This document shows positions 53,454 to 64,000 of a DNA stretch of 64,000 nt, one piece after another (the stretch's first letter is position 1; the number at the start of each line of letters is the position of its first letter). The notes under the pieces are model-generated. The model was not told where the DNA came from. It searched no databases and saw nothing but the letters and a program-made list of their open reading frames with translations. The position numbers and the translations under genes are program-made. The stretch is from Octopus vulgaris (taxonomy: Eukaryota): NCBI GenBank assembly GCA_951406725.2, contig OX597828.1, positions 69,130,001 through 69,194,000 on the forward strand, written 5' to 3'.

Positions 53454-54559
53454 TCATATATTCAATTATGAATAAAAACCAGTGATAGAGTTGTAAACAC
53501 TATCACCTGCACATACTCGGTGCATGTGTTTTGCTTGTTCGCCGGTTCGCTACTCCACAGCGCTCTGGGGAGGATTCCTTCATAGCACTGGATGTTAAAA
53601 CTCCTTGGAATGAGCAACATGTTCTATTGCATAATGCTACCATTATTTCATCGACAGTATAAACGCTGGAGCTTCTGTGATTTGCGGAGTGAGCGGTAAG
53701 CAAGCGAAATCTTCAGAGGTAGAACTTGCATGAAACAAGTGTTTCATCCCGTTAGTTCCTGACACTCTAAGGAAGCCGGGAACACCTAGCTAGGGACTTC
53801 TAGGTGGCCTCCTGCTTTTGAAATAATACATCATGGCAGTATTATTACAACAACAAGAAAAAGTCAATACTTCGGTATATGTATAAAGCCGTTTGTTGAA
53901 GCAATCCTTATTCCACAAAATATATTGTATTTCTTTACTACCCACAAGGGGCTAAACACAGAGGGGGACGAACAAGGACAGACAAACAGATTAAGTCGAT
54001 TATATCGACCCCAGTGCGTAACTGGTACTTATTTAATCGACCCTGAAAGGATGAAAGGCAAAGTCGACCTCGGCGGAATTTGAACTCAGGACGTAGCGAC
54101 AGACGAAATGCTGCTGAGCATTTCGTCCGGCGTGCTAACGTTTCTGCCAGCTCGCCGCCTTTAAAGACAATATTATCCGCCGTTTTACTATTTTGCTACA
54201 CACCACCTTAATAATAATTATGTAGCTGTAGAAAAGGGTTTTAGTGAACTCACAGTTTTGAGTAGTCATCATAACCAAGCATACTTTTCACGCTTTGATG
54301 CCAGAAGCTGCAATTTCCAGACAGAAAGAATAAAGAGAGCTACAACGGACAATGTTCTTGGCACTCCTGGTCATGTGTTAAAATAAATATTTAGTTTTTG
54401 TTGCACGCGTTTAACACTTGTAATAGTGCTAACTAATACATATAGACCTTTATTGTAGCAATTTACCACCTGCATATCAGGCATTGTTGACGTTTTGTCC
54501 TTCTCTCTGTATAGGTGGGAGATAGTCAAAAGATCGCATAATTGGTTCGTTGTTTAATA

Positions 54560-54900
54560 AATGCAGGTTTGGCGATAACACATCCATCCTTGTCGCTTTC
54601 GTTTCCTCAATACATCATACTGTCCTGTTTTTATTTTCATTTCTGATTGCTAATTTATGTTTCTGGAAATTTGTGAGTCTTTTCTATCTTCATTGATATT
54701 TTCTAAGGTTTTAATGATCTCTTCAAGATTTATACCAAATACTTTTGTGTAATTAATGAAACATTGGTACGGGTCTTGTACATCCGTTGCTTTTTCAATG
54801 ATGTACCTCCAAATATACACATTAGCTGTTCCTTTACTCTCAACAAATCTTTATTATGCTTCTGATATCTGTTTCTGGATCAGACAATTAGGACTCACAG
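54560..54900 (-). mobile_element. Highly decayed RTE-type RT fragment
   Basis: IEKA.DVQ..YQCFINYTKVF...RQG. Confidence 0.5.
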
Positions 54901-55127
54901 CAACATTTGGCTGATGTGTGTATATAGACGCACGTGAGTCTGCAGTAGACGTGTGTATAAAATGTACGTATACTCACGCTATCAAGTATGTTCTATAAAA
55001 TCAAGCAAGCTGAAAAATGTACTTAGAAAGTTCTTGTACAGTTATATTTATATAATGAAATTTGAAGGGCTGCTGACTGCAAAAACTTTAAGTTTTTGAT
55101 TGTAAAAATTGTTTGCAAGGGACGTCT

Positions 55128-55504
55128 GTTGCTGTTGAGCGAACGATCTTCGTCCCAGAGCTCGCAAGATGGGAGAAGTCCGAAACGTGGTCCTTTGCTA
55201 TTCGTAAGACCCGCAGAAGAGAAAGCAGGTCAACACCCGACACCGAGAGCATAGACGGATGGATGAATGCGCATCCAGGCTCAGCGGTTGTGTAGGAAGT
55301 CGGGGACAAGAAACAGGAAGAAAGGGTGAGAGAAAGTTGGAGCGAAAGAGTACAACAGGGGTCGCCACCAGCCCCTGCCGGAGCCTCGTGGAGCTTTAGG
55401 TGTTTTCGCTCAATAAACACATACAGCGCCCGGTCTGGGAACTGAAACCGCGATCCTCCGACCGCGAGTCCGCTGCCCTAACCACTGGGCCATTGAGCCT
55501 CCAC
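55128..55504 (-). mobile_element. tRNA-derived SINE family 3 (other copies about 57790-58140 -, 62475-62860 -, 62983-63358 -, related 21170-21493 -, fragment 46283-46420 +)
   Basis: Head TGGCCCAGTGGTTAGGGCAGCGGACTCGCGG...GGTTTC, multiple copies and two alternative 3' bodies. Confidence 0.85.
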
Positions 55505-57223
55505 TGTTGCTGTAGTTCTATTGCACAGCTGTAAAAGATGTCATCTAACTGGCGAGATGTAGGTCTCTGTGATATGGCCGTGCCAACTGCAGCTGGTACT
55601 GCTACTGCTGTTTGTTAATAGCCGTGTTGGTTAGCATAACATCTCAGTAACCGCTGCTATCTCTGTCAGTGATTAAGTATGCTGGTTAATATTGCATCGT
55701 GCCAGTCATTGATTGGTTGAGTAGAATCAACTCAATGCAGCCATAAAATGAAATACCTGGGTGCCATTTCACTTTGCCGGATCACATGTGCTGTCTTCTT
55801 TTTATCAGGAGAGATCCGCTGCAAGTATATTATGAACACACAAAATGTACTGAGTAGAAAAATAATCAAGTCTTTCTAAGTATTGTGGCTCTGTTACACA
55901 TTTACAGACAGGGTATAACATCAATAATCCGTCAGTGTGTAATATAGCCATAATACTTTATGTTTTATATTGAAATTTGTAATTTAAATTTTTCTTAGAG
56001 AACTCGATTAACACGGTTAATTGCATAATAATCTCACTCAAGAGTCAACATGCAAGAATTGAAACTAGGCGGCAGACTCGGCTGGGTGTTAATTTTAAAG
56101 TGATCCTCAGGACAAATTAGTCACTCGGTTTTATAGTGTTACTGTTTAGACCCAAATAAGCCATGAGCTAGGTGGTACATGATCAAAGGCGGCGAGCTGG
56201 CAGAAACGTTAGCGCGCCGGGCGAAATGCTCTGCCGTATTTCGTCTGCCGTTACGTTCTGAGTTCAAATTCCGCCGAGGTCGACTTAGCCTTTCATCCTT
56301 TCGGGGTCAATTAAATATGTAGCAGTTACGTACTGGGGTCGATATAATCGACTTAATCCGTCTGTCTGTCCTTGTTTGTCCCCTCTGTGTTTAGCCCCTT
56401 GTGGGTAGTAAAGAAATAGGTATTTCGTCTGCCGTTACGTTCTGAGTTCAAATTCTGCCGAGGTCGACTTAGCCTTTCATCCTTTCGGGGTCAATTAAAT
56501 ATGTAGCAGTTACGTACTGGGGTAGATATAATCGACTCAATCCGTTTGTCTGTCCTTGTTTGTCCGCTCTGTGTTTAGCCCCTTGTGGGTAGTAAAGAAA
56601 TAAGTATATGATCAAAGAGCTAACAGCTATGATCCAACCGCCTTTTCTTTTCCCTCAAATACAGTGTATCGAGGAACACGTTGACCAATGTGTTCATTCT
56701 ACTTTTTAAGTCGGTGGGGTATGATTTGAGTCGATACCAAGTCGACTGACCACGTAGCTTCCCTTGTCTTCTCGTTACAGAGTTAATTCAATGCAAAGTA
56801 CATTTAAAATCTCAATCTCTTGTCTTTTTCTGTTATTCGTCTTCTTACCTTACTAGCTTTCTAGGACAGTTTCACAATGATTAATTACTCTTAACTAGTT
56901 TCAGGCAAAATAAAACCAACAAACAATTTATCCGATCTAAGCTTACATTTTGCTTAAACTCCTCAGCGAGAGTACTCGCACGCGCGAACACACAGAGACA
57001 CCCCTTCCACTCCCCACATAGTATTAATACATGTATCAAAGCCAAGAGCCATCATGCATGTTATAACGAAATAGCTATTTCTTATTTATTAGCATATTCA
57101 TGTCTTTGAGAAACGGGTGACGAGAAATCTTCAATTAAACTTGAATTACGTGAGTTTCTAGAACACGGCTCCAGAAGTGAGCTAGGCTTGTCTGTGTTTC
57201 TGATTTCTGACCAAGTATGTCGA

Positions 57224-57332
57224 CTTTGTTCCTAGTTACATATTTCTTTACTATATATATATTTCTTTACTTTGTTCCTAGTTATATATTTCTTTACTAT
57301 ATATATATGTCTTTACTTTGTTCCTAGTTATA
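57224..57332. repeat. Minisatellite, about 45-bp unit x 2.4
   Basis: CTTTGTTCCTAGTTA(C/T)ATATTTCTTTACTATATATAT repeated. Confidence 0.7.
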
Positions 57333-57519
57333 CTGACATTGCCAGTTTCACGAATCGCGTGTTGGTGTGGTGCGGGAGTCAGATTACTTCTAACGCATAA
57401 AAAAATGGCGTCTTCTTTGGAGTCCTCTGTTGAAACTATTCTAATTTGTTCAATGCTAGCGAGGGCTATTCCGATAAACGCTGTCCAGAATATTAGGCTT
57501 TGATTTTGTGCTATATACT

Positions 57520-58790
57520 ATAGGGTGTTCGGGCTAAATTTGACGATTTCTTTATGTTTCCTTTTTATTATTTTTATTAGTATCAGCATGATGAATCGGT
57601 GAACAGTCTTCGGCGCTTAAGTGCATGAAGATTAAAGTTGTAGTTGAGAAAAAGTTAGCTGACATGGAGAACTGGAAGCTGTTTGAATATTGGAAAACAG
57701 TTACCTGTATCAGGATGATTCGTACCGCTTATCAAAATTTCAACATAATGACTACTGCTCAATACTCTGGGAATACTATAAATGCTGTTTGCTGTTGAGC
57801 GTAGCGGTCTTCGTCCTAGTGGGAGAAGTTCGAAACGTGGTCCTTTACTATTCGTAAGACCCGCAGAAGAGAAAGCAGGTCAACACCCGACACCGAGAGC
57901 ATCGACGGATGGATGAATGCGCATCCAGGCTCAGCGGTTGCGTAGGAAGTCGGGGACAAGAAACAGGAAGAAAGAGTGAGAGAAAGTACAACAGGGATCG
58001 CCACCATCCCCTGCCGGGGCCTCGTGGAGCTTTAGGTGTTTTCGCTCAATAAACACACACAACGCCCGGTCTGGGAATCGAAACCGCGATCCTCCGACCG
58101 CGAGTCCGCTGCCCTAACCATTGGGCCATTGCACCTCCACTGTAAATGCTGTAAGACGTGATATGGACAGCTGCGAAGAAGACTACGAAGCGGTGGCCAA
58201 CAGGTAGGGGCATATCAGTTATTCTGACTGAGTCCGTGCGCCGGAATTTATCCTTTTGTATTTGAATAGGGTCTTAGGCTCAATTTAAACAGCTATATAA
58301 AGGTGCTGGAGACTGGTCAATCCCTGGCTAGAGAGGTCATATATGGGGCAGCGGAATTCGGCTCTTTGTCACATCTCCAGAAAGAGTCAGAAGTGGTTGG
58401 CGGAAAATTCTTCCTACTTTGCCAGCTTCAATTTCTGGCCTCCTAATATCCTCCTCCGATTGTAATCCCATGGATTACTATGTGTGGGACGCGGTTGGGA
58501 AAGAACGAACTGCTCTGCCTGCAACCCCAAAACCGAGCTAGTGTCCAAGATCGAGAAGGTATTTGAAGATGTTCCCAGGGACACAGTCAGGAACACACGC
58601 GTCATTTTCCGGAGCCATCTTGTGGTCGTGATAGAAGCTACTTTGAGTCAACTTATCTCCCAGCCATAATCTAGTTGATATTTTTTGATTTTTAGAAATA
58701 TTTTCAATTTTAGATGGGATGTTGGTTTCTTTTCCTTTTACGCAAACTGTCAAATTTACCCAGATATCAAATTTACCCAGACGAACCCAG
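57520..58790 (+). mobile_element. Tc1/mariner-superfamily element with a nested SINE
   Basis: TIR-like AGGGTGTTCGGGCTAAATTTGAC / GTCAAATTTACCCAG. FWPPN..DCNPMDYYVW. Confidence 0.65.
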
Positions 58791-59145
58791 GATCGCTGAT
58801 TCAAAGTTATATTTATGCAAACATGAGAAAAGATTGCTATTGGATGAAAACGTGGTATTTTGTCTACTCAGATGTGGTTACATTTCAAGACAGACTTAGG
58901 TAAACCGTCACCTTCCAGTTCAGTAAATAAAAAAGTAAAGGACAATATAATGTTTATCTGTGTAGTAAAACTGATTTAGATACTCAAAGATACGTGGAAA
59001 CTGAAATAGTTTCCTTTCCTAAACTATCGTACAAAATACAAAATTATTTGTTTACAGTATTTACAGGAATTAATTATCTGACTTTATAGTAGATAATGAT
59101 GAACTCTCTAGGTCAGCCTTCATCGATCAGAACTATGATCAAAAC

Positions 59146-59571
59146 GGATCTTTTCGGTTTGAACGGTAGTTTTTTCTAGCGGTGTCATATGAAACTGTCA
59201 CCCATAATTATGACCCTAGTATCGATCTATTGCATTTCAATCTGTTTTAGGGTTGGGGTTAGAGTTAGGGGTGGGGTTAGGGTATCTTTTTTTCTTCACA
59301 AATGTTAATAAACCCAATCAGTTTCTTTAAACGAGGGACATATTCATACGGCACAGAATGTTTTTTTACCTCAATAGACGTCAGTGATTGGTTGAAATTG
59401 CAGAAATTGAAGAAAAAACAACAACATATATCTTACAAACCATAGAATTTTCTCAATAAAGCCAAGAGAAAAAGATGTTTTATAAACACATTCTACCAGT
59501 ATACGAAGTTTAAAAGTGTTTAGTTACCTAAAAATTATGTTAAAAAACTGCCGTTCAAACCGAAAAGATCC
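59146..59571. mobile_element. MITE (TIR GGATCTTTTCGGTTTGA), copy 2, opposite orientation
   Basis: High similarity to the reverse complement of 36136-36546. Confidence 0.8.
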
Positions 59572-60879
59572 TTTATCTATGCTGGCTCAGTGCTTTATTT
59601 TGTTATGTTTACATATTAGTTTAGGTCTTTTAGGCCGCTGGCGCTGGTATTAACTTGGAAGAAAATGATTTGTTGCTGTTTCACCCCAGGTCCATCTTGA
59701 TCTTCTAGCTTATTATCAAACGCATTGTAACAATGACCATCCTGATGGGCTTTTCTTTTCAGGCATAGGACTAAATTTCTTTTTTAACTATAGTGTGTGA
59801 TTTGGCTGCTGTTTCTTGTAGGTCGACCGCCCACCAAAGCGTTCAACTAATATTTCAGATATGACTAATAGTAAAGCTTGGAATAGAGCAAGAATAAATT
59901 GTTGGAAAAATTTCTCAGATTTACGTCCACAACTTACTCTTGGCAGATAATAATGAGAATGGTAACTGATCAACGGATGAGGAGGCTGCGATACATCGAT
60001 GATGATGTAATGAGTGGACAGTTTATGACATTGAAACAAGTCGTAAAGTTGTTGTGAAAGTAATTAGGAGACAAGCTGACATCAAACATTAACGAAGGAG
60101 GATTTACTAATGACTTTCATAGTAGTTGAAGCAATAACGGCGAGAATAATACAAGTAATACTTGCAATAACGATGCAAGAACAATAACAGAAACAATAAT
60201 GATTCTTGATTAGGGTTAAATTTTGCTGCCAAATCTCCATCAAATCAGACGCCACCATCCTACAAAAAGAAGAGCATTTAGAATAATGTAGTACTCAGGA
60301 TAAATAAAGAGCTAATGATCACTGCTGGAACGGTTTTGATCATAGGTATGTACGTTCGATCATACAGGCGACGAGCTGGCAGAGACGTTAGCACGCCGAG
60401 CGAAATGCGTAGCCGTATTTCGCCTGCCGCTACGTTCTGAGTTCAAATTCCGCCGTGGTCGACTTTGCCTTTCATCCTTTCGGGATCGATTAAATAAGTA
60501 CCTGTTACGCACTGGGGTCGATATAATCGACTTAATCCGTTTGTCTGTCCTTGTTTGTCCTCTCTGTGTTTAGCCCCTTGTGAGTAATAAAGAAATAGGT
60601 ATTTCGTCTGCCGCTACGTTCTGAGTTCAAATTCCGCCGTGGTCGACTTTGCTTTTCATCCTTTCGGGGTTGATTAAATAAGTTCCAGTTACGCATTGGG
60701 GGTCGATATAATCGACTTAATCCGTTTGTATGTCATTGTTTGTCCTCTCTGTGTTTAGCCCCTTGCGGGTAGTAAAGAAATAGAAATCGGTATGTATGTT
60801 CGATCAGGACCAATCAGGGATTAAACAACAGCAACGAAGACAACTATAGCATCAACATCGATAAAAAAACATTGGAATT

Positions 60880-61365
60880 ACAACCGTGTTTCGTGGTCTG
60901 CTACCACAACAGCTCCTTTATAGGATCCAGTTAGCTCAAGACATCATCAGGAGGAACCACGTCGGGTTTCGGCCCCTACTCCTCTACCGTTTTGACGTGC
61001 CCCCCCACCCTTTCGGAGGTATCTTCAGCTCTGGTGTTGGGTGCATGTCTTCTTTCTTCTTCTTTCTTCTGTTCCCTGGCCTCTTCGAGGTTGCGTAAAC
61101 TAATAGGGAGAGTACAGGAGGCGGTGGAAAAAGCCAGCTTCAATATATGGCTGAAGCGGGAAGACCGAAAATGGCTTGAAAGTTATAAACAGGCCGACGG
61201 GAAATAACATCATTAGGTGAGACAAGCTGACTGACAGGTGACGGTCGTTTAGAAAAAGCGCCGGCTAAAACTACGCGCCTTCACTAGTCAGTTAAGGTGA
61301 GACAGTGTCATGTGACAACTTGCTGGGACTGCCTGTCAGGTGAAGGTCGTTTAGAAAAAGCGCGT
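60880..61365. mobile_element. R2/Hero-like non-LTR 3' fragments
   Basis: QEAVEKASFNIWLKR resembles the C-terminus of Hero/NeSL-type ORFs, next to a GC-rich piece in inverted orientation. Confidence 0.45.
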
Positions 61366-62203
61366 AATATTAGTTCCAAATTTTGGTACAAGGATAGCAA
61401 TTTCTGGGGTGGGGCTAAGTCGATTACATCGACCCCAGTGCTCAACTGGCACTTATTTTATCAACCCCAAAAGTCGACCTCGGCTGAGTTTGAACTCAGA
61501 ATGTAAAGATGGATGAAATGCCGCCATATATTAACTAATATTAATGGCAGTATCGAACGATCGAGTCTTTATGTGGTCGCTCGACCTACAGAGATATGAA
61601 CCAAATCTTGAAATCGTGTTCGTCTGTGTTTTAAAGGCAGACATTAAGTAATGTAGTCTTGGATACAATGTGTATAAAAGTTGACGCCTTTGCCCGATCA
61701 ATGTTGACCAAGGATTAAATCACATGACAAAAGCAATAATGAAACAATAAAGATTCCAGATCAATAATAGCACCAATAAAAAAATAATAATAGCAGTAGC
61801 AACAATAAAATAACTACAACATTAGCAATTACAACAACAATACAATAACAACTTTAATAGTAGCAACAGCAACTAGAACTATAGCATTAGCAACCGTAAT
61901 TCGATAACGAGTGGGATGTAAGAGTTACGAAATAAAGATTTCTAGCATTGTAGGACAGAATGTTGTCGATTAAATCGATCTGGGGTGATGAAAGGCGAAG
62001 TCGACATCGCTGGAGTTTGAACTCGAAACGAAGAGCGGTAAAAGTAGAAATATGAAAGTTTTAATGCTGCTCTCTTTACCACTGCTGCGGCTTCAACACT
62101 ACGGCAGAACGGCATCAATAGCAGCAACAGGAGAAGCGGTAGAGAGGAAAAACAGTAACACACTGTAATAGTAGTAACAGTAATAGAGGGAGCAATGGCG
62201 ACA

Positions 62204-62274
62204 ACAGCAGCAGCAGCAGCAACTGCAGCAGTAGTACGAAAACAACAATAGAAATAAACATAAGAATAGCTATT

Positions 62275-62316
<42 letters not shown>

Positions 62317-62330
62317 CAAGTAGCAGCAAC
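62204..62330 (+). repeat. (CAG)n microsatellites in an AAC/CAG low-complexity region
   Basis: A (CAG) run at about 62275-62315, with shorter runs nearby. Confidence 0.9.
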
Positions 62331-64000
62331 TGTAAAAAGATGGATTTCATTATTGTTATTAATTGTGGCATCCTCATCAACAACAGCAGCACTTAATCAC
62401 AGCCACCACGTTAACAATGACAACAAGAACAATAACAGGGATGGTATTATGTAATCCGTCACCGCATTCGTGGTACTCCGTCGGTTACGACGACGAGGGT
62501 TCCAATTGATCCGATCAACGGAAACAGCTTGCTTGTGAAATTAACGTGCAAGGGGCTGAGCACTCCACAGACACGTGTACCCTAAACGTAGAGAGATTCA
62601 GCGTGACACAGAGTGTGACAAGGCTGGCCCCTTTGAAATAAAGGTACAACAGAAACAGGAAGAAAGAGTGAGAGAAAGTTGTGGTGAAAGAGTACAGCAG
62701 GGTTCGTCGCCCCTACCCCCTGATCGAGCCTCGTGGAGATTTAGGTATTTTCACAAAAAAACAAAAAACAAAACAAAACACGCACAACGCCCGATCTGGG
62801 AATCGAAACCGCGATCCTACGACCACGAGCCCGCTGCCCTAACCACCGAGTCATTGCTCCTCAACAGTCTCCGCATTTACAATATGAAATTACAGTAACA
62901 AAACCAACAGCAAATCTCAGTAACCATAATAAAAGCAATAAAGCTAGAAGAGCCACCACTATGACAATTGGATGGATGGAAACACTCCGTCGGTTACGAC
63001 GACGAGGGTTCCGGTTGATCCGAATCAACGGAACAGCCTGCTCGTGAAATTAACGTGTAAGTGGCTGAGCACTCCTCAGACACGTGTATCCTTAACGTAG
63101 TTCTCGGGGATATTCAGCGTGACGCAGAGTGACAAGGCCGGCCCTTTGAAATACAGGTACAACAGAAACAGGAAGTAAGAGTGAGAGAAAGTTGTGGTGA
63201 AAGAGTACAGCAGGGATCACCACAATCCCCTGCCGGAGCCTCGTGGAGCTTTTAGGTGTTTTCGCTCAATAAACACTCACAACGCCCGATCTGGGAATCG
63301 AAACCGCAATCCTATGACCGCGAGTCCGCTGCCCTAACCACTGGGTCATTGCTCCTCAACAGTCTTCGCATTTACAATATGAAATTACAGTAACAAAACC
63401 AACAGCAAATCTCAGTAACCATAATAAAAGCATTAGAGCTAGAAGAGCCACCACTATGACAATTCTAAAAAGTAACACCAACAGCAGCAAGAAACTATGA
63501 GAGCAAATTTGTCACAGACACAAATTTATGTGAAAACTATGCTGATTATTTAATAGATAATTATTTTACTGACCTCAGTGGGGTGGAAACTATAATGGAC
63601 ACCGGTGAGATTGAAAGTCAAAACACATTTCTTGCTAAAAGTTTGCTTTGCTCAGCTCTCTATCAACTTTGTCAATTACTGTCTTTTGTTCAATTCTGTC
63701 AGTTTTGTCGTCCATCGTCCTTATTTTTAGTTACAAAGTCCCAAAATATAACTAGTCATGAAACAGAAGAAGATGGAGACAAATACTTACTTCTACGGTG
63801 GAATTTGAGCTTGAAGCGTAGAGTAATCTAAGCAAAATTCAAAAGAACAATGTGCTCGATGTGCTATCGACACAATCACTCTCCCAGCCTTGTAGTTACA
63901 GCTTTATATATAAAAGAGAAGTTGTGTGTCTGTCTCCTACGATTTAGATTCCTAACTACTCCCACATTTTGCGGTGCAGTTTAACCAAAACCGGGTATCT

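Noticed and set aside
53705-53752. GAAAC...CTGAAGA on the minus strand as a type II hammerhead
   Set aside because: No stem I can be formed between the triplet and the core.
55430-55504. tRNA-like sequence (also at other SINE heads)
   Set aside because: A/B boxes are present, but there is no proper cloverleaf and it continues into a SINE body with several copies.
61942-62319. Poly-Cys/poly-Gln ORF
   Set aside because: It is a translation of (CAG)n low-complexity DNA, with no splice or domain support.
63583-63831. 82-aa ORF near the window end
   Set aside because: It has no recognisable motif or splice support, so I cannot call it.

Overview
Eukaryotic, AT-rich, microsatellite- and repeat-dense DNA. 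The SINE families and repeat landscape point to an octopus genome (inference). The only intact host gene I can support is the 5' half of a ULK3-like Ser/Thr kinase on the minus strand. It has five coding exons (26764-26868, 8068-8208, 6570-6690, 1434-1538, and 1-56 running off the window), all with canonical GT-AG junctions and a continuous reading frame. A disrupted asteroid/ASTE1-like nuclease copy lies at about 33.66-35.5 kb. The rest is decayed transposons: Penelope-like, RTE, CR1, CRE and Hero-like LINEs, Gypsy, Tc1/mariner, pogo/Tigger, Chapaev-like, Helitron-like, several MITEs and four SINE families. The most notable unannotated signal is a set of minimal type I hammerhead ribozyme motifs from several different sequence families. 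Most sit in fold-back (inverted) Penelope-type terminal remnants next to (TA)n tracts, and one sits directly at the 3' end of a Penelope RT/GIY-YIG element. Several lie on the sense strand of ULK3 introns, and two carry apparent compensatory swaps of the catalytic-core 3-8 pair (U3-A8 and G3-C8). All folds were read by eye and none was computed or tested. Repeat boundaries are approximate.
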